A DNA stretch of 64,000 bases from Paragordius varius. Taxonomy: Eukaryota; Animalia; Nematomorpha. The notes beneath the pieces were generated by a model that worked only from the letters and a program-made list of their open reading frames with translations, had not been told where the DNA came from and ran no database searches. Location of the stretch: assembly GCA_964247055.1 (NCBI GenBank), contig OZ176054.1, positions 7,254,001 to 7,318,000 of the forward strand, given 5' to 3'. Made by a program: the position numbers and the translations under genes. Positions 27,233-36,735 of this stretch are shown here, one piece after another (the stretch's first letter is position 1; each line of letters begins with the position of its first letter).

Positions 27233-30200
27233 CAGAAAGATCCAATTTTTATAGTTTTATTTATTATCAAACTTAATTTTTAGATTAACTTATAGATTAA
27301 TTATTATTTATATACACTTAATATAATTCTAAAACAAACAAATTCTTTAATTATAATCCACACAGATGACTCCCAAAAATTTGCAAGAAAATAAATTGGA
27401 ATCCAGGTTAATTTATGATATAATATTAAGAACATTCACAATAGTTGCAGAAAAGAAAAAATCAAAAGACACTGTTCCAGCCACAACGTTTATTGACTGG
27501 CAAAAAATGGTTTCCTTCTTCGCTCGAAACTTTTATAACATCAAATACCTGGCACTTGCGTTGGCCTTTATCATAAACTGCATGTTATTATTTTTCCGAG
27601 TAATTTATATTTTTTAAAATTTACCCATATTTTTATTAAAACATGCAGTACATACGAAAACTGCTTTAAGATAAAACCTGTCAATACAATATTACAGTTT
27701 TATGTTCTAGGGAAATAAATCTATGCGTAATCTTTTATTTAACAAGTATGAATAAAATTTATATTAAACCTCTTTTTAATCATATTATCTCTTATAGATC
27801 AAATAGCATTTTAATTTTGAAATTCAATTATATAGGGAATTTCATATTTTTTAACCAAAAAGGTTGACGAAATATCCGTTGATAATGGAACAGGTATGGA
27901 AGGAAATTTCACCACAAACGTGACTGAAGATGTATCAAATTTTAGTGAAAGCGAATCAAGCAAACATGAATACTACAATTTGGAGGAAAAGGCGCGTTTC
28001 TTGAATCCTATTTTACAATTACTGTCAATAACTCATATATTTGTCTCTTTAGCGTTGTTAATTGGCTATTATTCATTGAAAGTAAGAAATTTAATTATCA
28101 GCACTAATGCTTCAAAATGAAGTATCAAGGGTCCAAATTTTATATAGTAATTATTATACTAAAAGCTTTATGTGGCAAAAAGAAAATTACTTGTTCTCAA
28201 AAGAATACTCGCATATTAAAATGGCTAAAAACGCAAAAATCCTATATATTTATTAAAATAATTAAATTTTATGGAATGAAGTTGATTCGTAATCTAAAAT
28301 TATATAATCCGCTATAAATATCGTTTGTATATTTCTACCATGCGTTTGTAATATCGATAAAAGGCTTAGATCAGGGGTGTCTAATACGCGGCTCTATGAG
28401 ATATTCTATGCTGCTCACGATTTTTGCATATAAAATAAATATGAAATCTCATAATTTGCTATATTTTTTACACAATTTAAGTAAAATTGATATCTTTTAA
28501 ATATATATCTTATATTTTTCAAATTTGGCAACGAACTAGCAAAATTGGAGAAATAAATGGTATGTAATTATATTGTGTTCGTATTGTTTTAACATCTTAA
28601 GTTTGAAATAAAATATTTATTTGCCTTTATCTTTTCCAAATCCGGACCGCTAAGCCATTTGTGTTAGGGGCCCCTGGCTAGATTTATCAAATAATTGTCT
28701 AATATCATTTTTATAAATGTAAAGATACCCTTGTGCATCTTCAAACGTGAGAAGGAAATATCCCGTAAACTTGAATTTGAGGGCATGTGGATAGATAAAC
28801 CGCCTGAAGATGATAATTTAGGCGATCAATGGGATAGATTAGCTATAAACACACGCAGTTTCCCTCGCTATTATTGGGATAAATTAGTGAAGAAAAAGGT
28901 ATTTTTCACACTCTAAGAAACTTTCTTTTTATATAATGTGGTTAAAAAATGTCGTATTATCATAAATTATTTAGGTATTGGCAAAATATTCGGAAACTCA
29001 CGATGTTATCGAGCTACGAGACTTGCTAGGTCTTGAACAAGAATCAGAGTTTTGTGAACACAATGAAATGCAAAAGTTACAACCAAAGGATGGCATAGAT
29101 TGGAAATATCAATTGTGGCATTTAGGCGTCACTTTAACAGATAATGTTTACTTATATTCTTCTTTTTAAGACTAAGACACCTCCTTATTTTATATTATAT
29201 TACTAAAATAAAAACTTTATTAAAATTAAATTTTATTCACTTAAATATTTATTAATATTTATTTTACAAAATAATTTGGTTGATCATAGAGACCGAATCT
29301 AAATGCTGCAAAAAAATATTTATAATGCTCATCCATCACCATAATGGATATAAAAAATTTTAAATTATTTATAAAATTTATTTATGTAGTCCTTCCTCTA
29401 CATCTTCATTTACTTCATATTCTCAATTTTGGGAAATTTTAATCATTTTTTCTTTGCTGCCCATTTGCTTGATATCGCTATCGGATTTAAAACTTTGCGT
29501 ACCATATTACAATCCGTTACTCACAATGGAAAACAGGTATATATGATGTTTGTTTTAGTTAAACTTCTATATTTTAAATAACAATAATGTATTTTTGTAG
29601 TTACTCCTAACTGTATTGATGACATCCATAATAGTATATTTATATGCCGTGGTTGCTTTCAATTTCTTTCGCAGATTTTATGTGGAAGAGGATAATGCAT
29701 CTGAAGCCAAGTGCCATAATTTATTATCCGTAAGACCTTTTTATATGAACTATTGGATATAAATATGGGTTATAAATTATTTTCATATAATTTGCCATTC
29801 TATTTTTTCCATAGTGTTTCGTCTTTCACTTGTATAAAGGAGTTCGTGCCGGAGGTGGAATCGGTATGTTTTAAATAAATTAATGAGTTTATATGTGGTT
29901 ATTAAACTTTCATACTTTGAAAATGGATTTTAGGTGATGAAATACAACCGCCTGATGGAGACCCATATGAGGGATTTCGCATACTTTTCGACATAACCTT
30001 CTTTTTCTTTGTCATCATCATCTTGTTAGCCATTATTCAGGGTAAAATATATATCATAAATAATGATTGATATTTATAGCGAGAAAACACATTAAAATTA
30101 TGTGATTCATTTAGGTTTAATTATCGATGCGTTTGGAGAGTTGCGTGATCAACTTGAGCAAGTTAAAGAGGACATGGAATCGAATTGTTTCATTTGTGGA

Positions 30201-30760
30201 ATTGGAAAAGATTATTTTGAAAAAGTTCCACATGGCTTTGAAATACACACGACAAAAGAACATAACCTGGCCAATTATATGTATGTATTGATAACATACC
30301 ATTCACACCTCAAATTCACCCTTGAAAAATTTTTAATTTGCCCTAACATTAATTATGCTTTTTATAAATTATAAATTACCTATGTTTTTCAAAAAATGAA
30401 TATTATTTAAAAAATAACATAATACGAAAAAAATAATAAACTATGCCATAAAGCAATATTTCATATTAATGATGAGTTACATTAACCCAAAACTACATAA
30501 TTTATTTTTAGGGTGGTTAATTTGAATTGTTCAAGGGTGAATTTAAAGTGTATATGATATATATTAAATTTTTTTAGGTTTTTCATTATGCATTTAATCA
30601 ATAAACCGGAAACGGAATTCACTGGACAAGTAATGATATATATTTAAAGATATCGTAGGAAACTTATGTTTGGCGCTTGTATCAACAAAGAATCTGGGAT
30701 TTTTTCCCAGTCGGTGATAGTTTTAGGAAACAATATGATGAAAATCCGGAAAGCGCTTAA
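445..30760 (+). CDS. RyR: Ryanodine receptor (intracellular Ca2+-release channel), 5'-partial, about 64 exons in window
   Basis: Spliced GT-AG exons translate to recognisable RyR motifs in the correct order: RDPIGGS (~1045-1070); KEFRCPP (3577-3597); [12 protein letters not shown] (4617-4652); [22 protein letters not shown] (~4810-4875); RGSTPLDVA...[17 protein letters not shown] (5786-5988); [16 protein letters not shown]; RyR repeats 3-4 (11958-13200); [21 protein letters not shown] CaM-binding helix (18613-18675); [14 protein letters not shown] (23158-23199); LTEMIQGPC; EF-hand region 24190-24400; [28 protein letters not shown]; [10 protein letters not shown] filter split by intron 29864-29933; CFICG..HTTKEHN Zn finger; [14 protein letters not shown], stop TAA 30758-30760. 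Splice phases were consistent at the junctions checked. First visible exon 445-676; the gene starts upstream of the window. Confidence 0.97.
5031..5514. mobile_element. Foldback/MITE-like element with ~68-bp terminal inverted repeats, in a RyR intron
   Basis: 5031-5098 (atttgcacttcaaaagtgtcctttaacactttaagttggtccttgaatatttcaagttggtcctt) is an imperfect reverse complement of 5447-5514. The arms contain an internal ~21-bp sub-repeat (ttcaagttggtccttgaac..). The centre is AT-rich and non-coding. No TSD identified. Confidence 0.7.
14952..15616. mobile_element. Non-autonomous hAT element (MITE), 665 bp, in a RyR intron
   Basis: Termini CAGGGCTCTGAAC ... GTTTGAGGCCCTG (imperfect 13-bp TIR); perfect 8-bp TSD TTTTAAAC at 14944-14951 and 15617-15624; multiple subterminal AACCGG/CCGGTT motifs at both ends. 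Confidence 0.9.
17560..17612. mobile_element. Solo end fragment of the Buster-type hAT family
   Basis: aaggccataaaaagcac...gcagtttgagtatcaccg resembles the reverse complement of the terminus at 55695 (CAGTGGTACTCAAACCGCGG) and the end at 50285-50334. Confidence 0.6.
19955..21316 (+). mobile_element. Decayed, internally deleted RTE (BovB-like) non-LTR retrotransposon in a RyR intron; boundaries approximate
   Basis: Stop- and frameshift-riddled remnants in the expected order: [24 protein letters not shown] (20601-20690), [11 protein letters not shown] (20743-20775), [13 protein letters not shown] (20857-20895), [20 protein letters not shown]...RKRKKG...GWLDIV; short (ACCT)-type tail. The RT catalytic core (YADD region) is missing. 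Confidence 0.75.
21927..22030. repeat. Perfect 52-bp tandem duplication (2 copies) in a RyR intron
   Basis: tactctacgctatctcataaataaaacactttttatatccagcaatattttg at 21927-21978 and again at 21979-22030. Confidence 0.95.
22785..22959 (+). mobile_element. Tc1/mariner-like MITE, copy 1 (left TIR plus GC-rich core, 3'-truncated), in a RyR intron
   Basis: Begins TA|CAGTTTAGATC...AAAGGGTAAGGACTT. The core (aacccc..ctacgca..ttccatcatcactgtcagccctgggcag..gagtgttaaagccttca..gtccggatacaatt) recurs at 43280-43365, where it is followed by the reverse complement of this left end. Confidence 0.75.
27180..27229. repeat. (TA)n microsatellite, ~24 units
   Basis: Directly visible in a RyR intron. Confidence 0.98.
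28372..28676. mobile_element. hAT/Charlie-type MITE, ~305 bp, in a RyR intron
   Basis: Termini CAGGGGTGTCTAA ... TTAGGGGCCCCTG (imperfect TIR). Flanks gcttagat and gctagatt match as a TSD apart from a one-base slip. Confidence 0.7.
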
Positions 30761-30867
30761 TATAGCTGCTGATAATTACACGCATGTGCAATACACATAT
30801 ATGGATAGTTTGCTGTATTACTAATATAAGTATATATATTAAATCTTTTGAATGTGTTGTTGGATAT

Positions 30868-30873
30868 AATAAA
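30868..30873 (+). promoter_or_regulatory. Candidate polyadenylation signal of RyR
   Basis: AATAAA 108 nt after the RyR stop and before the next gene. The hexamer is common in AT-rich DNA, so support is weak. Confidence 0.35.
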
Positions 30874-31058
30874 TGTTATGATATTTATAATTTACTAATT
30901 TTTATAGAACATGTCCTGTTCTATGTATAAAAGTCAACGCCTGATATTTCTTTTTCTTTTATAAATCAATATTGCACTTTATGTATCATTTATTTTCCGT
31001 CAATAATTTAGGGCCTTCGCCATGACCTAATGCCAAAATTTATGAATTAATTCAATTT

Positions 31059-32642
31059 ATGAAAACTTATTGTTATAGTACATACAATGCCCTATTTCTT
31101 TTAATTCACATATTATGTTTCGGCATAATTAACGGAGAAATCAAAAAATGTCCATTACGGAATTGTACTTGTATTAAATTAAAACCATTGATTATAGAAT
31201 GTACATCCCTTCGATTTTCAGATCTTATTTTAGAATTTAATCAAATAAGAGAAGTGCCGATTGAGTCTTTACGGATAGAAAAGGGGTCGGGCAATTTAAA
31301 TAAAGATGTGTTTGAACGTATGATTATTCACAATTTCGTCATGTATAACACAATAGTCACTAAAATGACAAATGATGCCTTTCATCAAATGGATGATACT
31401 CAATCTTTTATATTGGAAAAGGGGATCATGCCAGTTTGGAGCGATAACAATCTTTTGCAGGGTTTAGCACGCAGCGTGAAAACCATTCATATTGAGTATT
31501 ATAGAATGATAAAGTTTCCCGAAAAAATTTTTGCTAACATGTTTATGTTAGAGGAATTAAGCCTAGAAGGTAACAATATAAAGACTTTGAGTGATCATAT
31601 TTTCTATGATTTAATAAATTTAAAGCGCTTAAATTTGGCCTATAACATAATGGCCGGATTGAGATATGAAGTTTTAGCTTATAATGATCAACTTACATTT
31701 CTAAATTTGAGTAACAATAATTTTAAAGAATTAATTCCTGAAACATTTAAAGTGGGACGCTTGCAAACTATCGATTTACGAGATAATCCTTTAGTTTGTG
31801 ATTGTAAAATGGTTCCAGTCGCTCAATATTTTCTTAATTTGACTCGATACAATATGGCAGACATTAAAGGTAAATGTCATACACCAAGGCATATGCATGA
31901 GGAAACACTACTTTACATGGCAAATATGGGTGAAGGTTGCCAAGTTAGCCAAACTCAGGATAATTCCTCTATTACTAATGCCAAAAGCCCTAGACCACCT
32001 ACGGCTGAAATCGCATTTACACGATGGCGCAAAAATTTGACTACATCAATCATAAATTCACAAACAAATGTTTCAGTTACCACGGCTTCAACAATATTAT
32101 CTTTATTGACAAACGCCTCTAGTCCTTTAAAAGTAACAGAGGTTTCATTGGTAACATCATCTATTGTAGCAGTTCCCGACACTACAAAATACTCCAATAT
32201 TTTGAATCGGTCAACCACTGAAACAAGTATCATGAGGACTGATTCAACTCCTCACATTATTAATTTTACAATGATAAAAAATGAAACTAAATCATTACCC
32301 ACTTCATTATCACAACCCATAAGTTATTTTGTTAATATATCCTTGATTGATGGTAATGAATCTAATATTTTACTTAAAGAAGCTTTTGTTACACCTTTAG
32401 AATCATATGATTCATCCAAAATACAAATGATAACAGAATATAACTACACGGTTCAAGCTTATCGTTTTATGTTAAATAGATTGCCATCGGAAATTTCCAG
32501 GAAAAATTTTAACGTAAATAATACCCACCAAATCAAATCCAAAACCGCATCAACAACCACAGCATTTTACATTGTGTATGCTATCTTAACCTTAGTGATT
32601 ATATCAATTTTGATATTATTGATAATAAAAAAATATAAATAA
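31059..32642 (+). CDS. Leucine-rich-repeat type-I membrane protein, single exon, 527 aa
   Basis: Uninterrupted ORF. N-terminal hydrophobic signal (ALFLLIHILCFGIING), LRRNT (CPLRNCTC), typical LRRs (LEELSLEGNNIKTL, LKRLNLAYNIM, LTFLNLSNNNFKEL), LRRCT (IDLRDNPLVCDC...GKCHTP), Ser/Thr-rich stalk with many NxS/T sequons, C-terminal TM (AFYIVYAILTLVIISILILLII) and a 4-residue tail (KKYK). Confidence 0.92.
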   Translation: MKTYCYSTYNALFLLIHILCFGIINGEIKKCPLRNCTCIKLKPLIIECTSLRFSDLILEFNQIREVPIESLRIEKGSGNLNKDVFERMIIHNFVMYNTIVTKMTNDAFHQMDDTQSFILEKGIMPVWSDNNLLQGLARSVKTIHIEYYRMIKFPEKIFANMFMLEELSLEGNNIKTLSDHIFYDLINLKRLNLAYNIMAGLRYEVLAYNDQLTFLNLSNNNFKELIPETFKVGRLQTIDLRDNPLVCDCKMVPVAQYFLNLTRYNMADIKGKCHTPRHMHEETLLYMANMGEGCQVSQTQDNSSITNAKSPRPPTAEIAFTRWRKNLTTSIINSQTNVSVTTASTILSLLTNASSPLKVTEVSLVTSSIVAVPDTTKYSNILNRSTTETSIMRTDSTPHIINFTMIKNETKSLPTSLSQPISYFVNISLIDGNESNILLKEAFVTPLESYDSSKIQMITEYNYTVQAYRFMLNRLPSEISRKNFNVNNTHQIKSKTASTTTAFYIVYAILTLVIISILILLIIKKYK

Positions 32643-34621
32643 GACAGATATATAAGGTAATGATTTTAGGTACCAATTAATAAATTTATGTTGTAAATTA
32701 AGCCCTTCAGTTAAAAAACTGTTAAATGTTATACACTTGTCTTTTTATATTTAACTTTTTAAGGCGACCCTTTTTATTAACTTGCATTGGCTAATACAGT
32801 TGTGGACGTAATATTGTAGTAGAGGATGCGGTGTGATACACATATTAAGTTATTTCATATCTGATATTATAGAATCAGCTATATGGTACTTTTTTACTCC
32901 TTTGTTCTTCGGTGTTCATTTATCCATAAATTCAGTTAATTTCCCATTTTATTCCTAAGTTATTTAGAATTGACATAATACTTTAATTACAATATTAGTG
33001 AAATTTTCCTTGGTATCTTTTGGGAAAATGTTTAAAAAGGCATAATCAATTTATATCATTTGGACTTATTTTTACACCTACCTTTATACAGTTGTCAAAG
33101 GGGTTTAATAAGTTTTACCTAGTAAATTTAATATTTTTAATTTAATGCATGCGTATACCTAACCTCGCAGAAGAGAAAACATCAGACAACTTCAAATATT
33201 AGTGCATTTCTGCCGGAGAAATCACTACAGTACTTCAAACATGTGCGTAGACCTTCAAAGCAAATGGCTCTGCTTTGATACCATAAAAACGATGTTTTTT
33301 CACCACAACACTAGATATATGGCCAGTTAAAATAATATATTTTGTTTAATTAACTCATGTAACTCATAGTGCTTACTAAAATATGTACTGAAATACTCAT
33401 GGTGCGTTTGGTTTTTTGGGCTTACGAGTCATTAAAAAAATTTATTTCTATTTTTGTGGTAGGCTCATGAAAAAGTCGCAAAATTAGCGCACATTATACT
33501 TTATGATAGAAGCTAAATAATTCATTGAAAATTTTAATCATATTATAAATAATCATAAAATAAACAATATTTATTATTTTAAAATTTTTCAAACACAATC
33601 AACAATTGGCTAAAATGGGCTTTAAATTTTTATAGTGTTTAGTTTCTTCCAAAAATTTATTTAGCATAATGCGCGCTATTTTTTTTAAAATGATTCCCAT
33701 AATAGAATATCTTTCTTAAATGACTCGTCAGGTATCCAAAAGCACAATGAGAATTCGTATACATTTTTGTCATAATCTGTGTAATTAGATATCTGGCGCA
33801 TTTCGTATTTTTGCATTATTTGTCATAAGGCTTTGCCCATTTCGGATTCTGGAAAACCATCATTCATTTATTTAAAATCCCAACTTATAAACGAGACCCG
33901 AAAATTTTGGTACTTTATTTATATTGAGATGGGATATCCCCTTCTATTATATATAAACAATAAATCGTCATTCTAAACTTATTTGTAGTGAAAGTTGAAG
34001 CAGAAAAATAACTCTCAATATGGAATTCAGCGATTAAAATGGACACGTGATGCACAAAAGGTGTCAGATAGAAAATAAAATAGCATGCTACGTTGAAAAT
34101 AATTTGTGTTAAAAGAGTTTACGGCAACAAAAGATTTTGGACAAATCAATTATTTATTGTCCATTGGCTTCTAAACATTTAAAGTGAATCCCATATCATA
34201 AACACTGTATGTCTTTTGGGAAAATGTATCGTCGTGTTATTTTCCAATACCGGCCCCCATTGATGCCAGGCGCCAGTGCATGAGAGTATGGCAGATGCGA
34301 AAGAGTTTCCCATCGTATGAAGGCTTTGCATGGTTTTGTTGAGTAAGACGGAGCATTGAGATGAAAATCATTTATTCATATCATGATTTAAAATTATCAT
34401 TTATTGGCGATATTTGTGAATAAACTGTTTCACCGACCTTTAAGAGTTTATAATGCAACCGCTCTGGTCTCACTAGTCACAATCGTCAAAGCAATTTGGC
34501 CTTGGTAATAGTTCGGCGAAAGGGGAAATGAAGAATTTTTTCCCGCATTGGATTTACAAAATAATATCTTTTTATGCAAACTATTACCCAATATTAAAAG
34601 TTACATCACCGATGGTAATAT

Positions 34622-35670
34622 TTATTTAAATGTTTCAATCTCTTGTAGCAATTGTTTAGCTGTTGGACGTTTTTTGTGATTTATTTGAAGCATAGATTCC
34701 ATCAATGTATGAAATGGATGGACATAAAGAAAATTGTGATTTTTTCTTAGTTTACGATTATTTTGTAGTTGCAAACAAATGGCAGTTAGATTCATATCTA
34801 ACGGTTTAATTAACTTTCGGATTTCATTTAAATGTGGTGTAAAAGGAATAGTAAATATATATGACATTTGTACTAATAACTGTTTGATAATATATGATTG
34901 ATTTGATTCTTGAGATTGATTTAAATTAAAAAAAGGATAACATCCAGACAGTAAGGAAAGTATAATGATTCCACAACTCCAAATGTCCCTTGAAAAAGTG
35001 ATGTCATGGTACAATAAATATTCGGGTGGCATATATTCGATAGTACCAATAAAATTTTTTCCTAAATCTGATAGAATTTTAGCGTCCTCAAAATCAATTA
35101 TTTTAAATCTAAAGATTATAAATTTTTTACGTTCCAAGTTTAAAATTACATAAAAAGTTTTCAGGTTTTATATCATTGTGAATGATTCCTCTTGAATGCA
35201 AATATTCTAAACAGTAAAAAGATTTAGGGTATAAATCTTTAAATTGTCAAAATTTATAATATCTATAATATCCTTAAATATATTTAAAAAAACTTTAAAT
35301 TTTGAGTGAGGGTGATATGTAAAAACTATTGACACAAAGTCCAAATTGTACAAAACATCAAGAATTTTAGCAACATTAGGATGCCTAATATTATATGTAA
35401 ATACTCTAAATTTTTCATTATTCTTATTTCTCTGAGTATTTCTAATGGATTTTTGAAGCTATTATAACGTTTAAAATATTTTATGATGCCATGGTTTTTG
35501 TCGATATAAAAATCGCGAGAAAAATTTAAATTTAAATTTGTCCACATGTTAAAATGTAACCGCAAAAAATTACATTTCACCTCATTACTCTTTAGATGTA
35601 TCACAAATATCGAATGTTTTATTATTAAAATAAAAATTTGGATTTCCCAATATTTTAAGTTTTTATACAC
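34622..35670 (-). CDS. Divergent Ser/Thr protein kinase, Cdc7/CK2-like, with non-canonical motifs and an apparent 1-nt frameshift (pseudogene or sequencing error); 5' end uncertain
   Basis: Minus-strand splicing gives IIKYF (beta3 Lys), ILREIRIMKNLEHPNV (alphaC plus subdomain IV, after removing intron 35385-35404), YCLEYLHSRGIIHNDIKPENFL (catalytic loop, ~35150-35215), FKIIDFED (after removing intron 35109-35130), GTIEYMPPE, DIWSCGIIILSLLSGCYPFF (Cdc7-like) and MLQINHKKRPTAKQLL. The frames of KIYTLNLF and YCLEYLH differ by one base at the A5 run 35216-35220. Confidence 0.75.
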
Positions 35671-35753
35671 AAAATAAATTTATTATGTTGTATTAAAAAT
35701 TTTAAATGTGGCCTTTTTAGGTAAATTAAACTGCGTTCAAGTCTAGAAAAAAT

Positions 35754-35821
35754 ATCCTAATATATTTATCTATCAGAATATATATATATATATATATTCT
35801 GATAGATAAATATATTAGGAT
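35754..35821. repeat. Perfect 68-bp palindrome centred on a (TA)n tract
   Basis: atcctaatatatttatctatcagaa-(TA)n-ttctgatagataaatatattaggat. The arms read as exact reverse complements; the centre lies between 35787 and 35788. Confidence 0.95.
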
Positions 35822-36428
35822 TGTCATGTTAGTTTTGGGATTTCGAAAAGTATTTTATTTGTGGTAAGATTCCATATCAGAAAAAAATTAAGATTTTTTA
35901 ATAAAGTTTTTGGAAGAAAAATATGACTAAAATATATAATAAAATTCATATAAAAAGCAAAAATATTTAAAAAAATTATGTTTATCTTATTTTTGGGGGC
36001 TAGTTTTTATAAAACAGGGATGTCCGGTCTTTTTAAAAAAAATTGAAATTTTTATTTGCAAAATTATTTGAGTGGTGATGTAAAATTTTTAAAAAAGTAA
36101 AAATAAATTGATTTGCATAATTTTTTCTTATAATTTTTATTATTATTGATCACATACATTTAATATTTTTCCTTTACAATCGAAAAATCTTTTAATCTGC
36201 CACTGGGAAATTTTTAGTAATTATTTAGTGAAAGAGCCATATTTTTGAAAACCACAGTCCCATTTTTAATATAGCACCCATAATAAAGTTATGAATTACG
36301 CATTCGAAAATTTTACAATTGATAAATTTTTTTGATAATAATTTTATAAGTAGTTATAGACTAATTGATATGTTATTTTTGGGAATTTTATTTTCTTAAT
36401 ACATATTTTTCTAATATATTCCTTAATA

Positions 36429-36735
36429 CAGTGATTCCCAATCTTTTTTTATTCAGGCCCCACCAAATTGAAAATGAAAATTCCTGCGCCTCTCACCAAA
36501 GAAATCCAAATAAAAAATGTAAAATTTATTTAATATTATAAATTCCCAATCAATACGATCCTTTTATTTGCAATTTTTGAAATAATTTTTCATATCGGGG
36601 ATAAATCTTGATAATTTAAACCTGAAATCTCCAATTTGTTTCTAGTTATTTTTCAGTTGTCCAAATTTTACGCGCCCCCCTTGGAGAGGGCAGAGAGGGG
36701 GCAGGGAAGCGTTTCTCTCTGGTTGAGAACCATTG
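36429..36735. mobile_element. hAT/Charlie-type MITE, ~307 bp
   Basis: Termini CAGTGATTCCCAA ... TTGAGAACCATTG with GC-rich subterminal patches. Flanks ccttaata and ctttaaat match at 5/8 positions with a central TA. Confidence 0.65.

Noticed and set aside
33270-34340. piggyBac transposase remnant (KKHRFYGIK, PSYDGKLFRI look-alikes)
   Set aside because: The motif spacing is far longer than in piggyBac, and no DDD catalytic motif, TIR or TTAA TSD was found.
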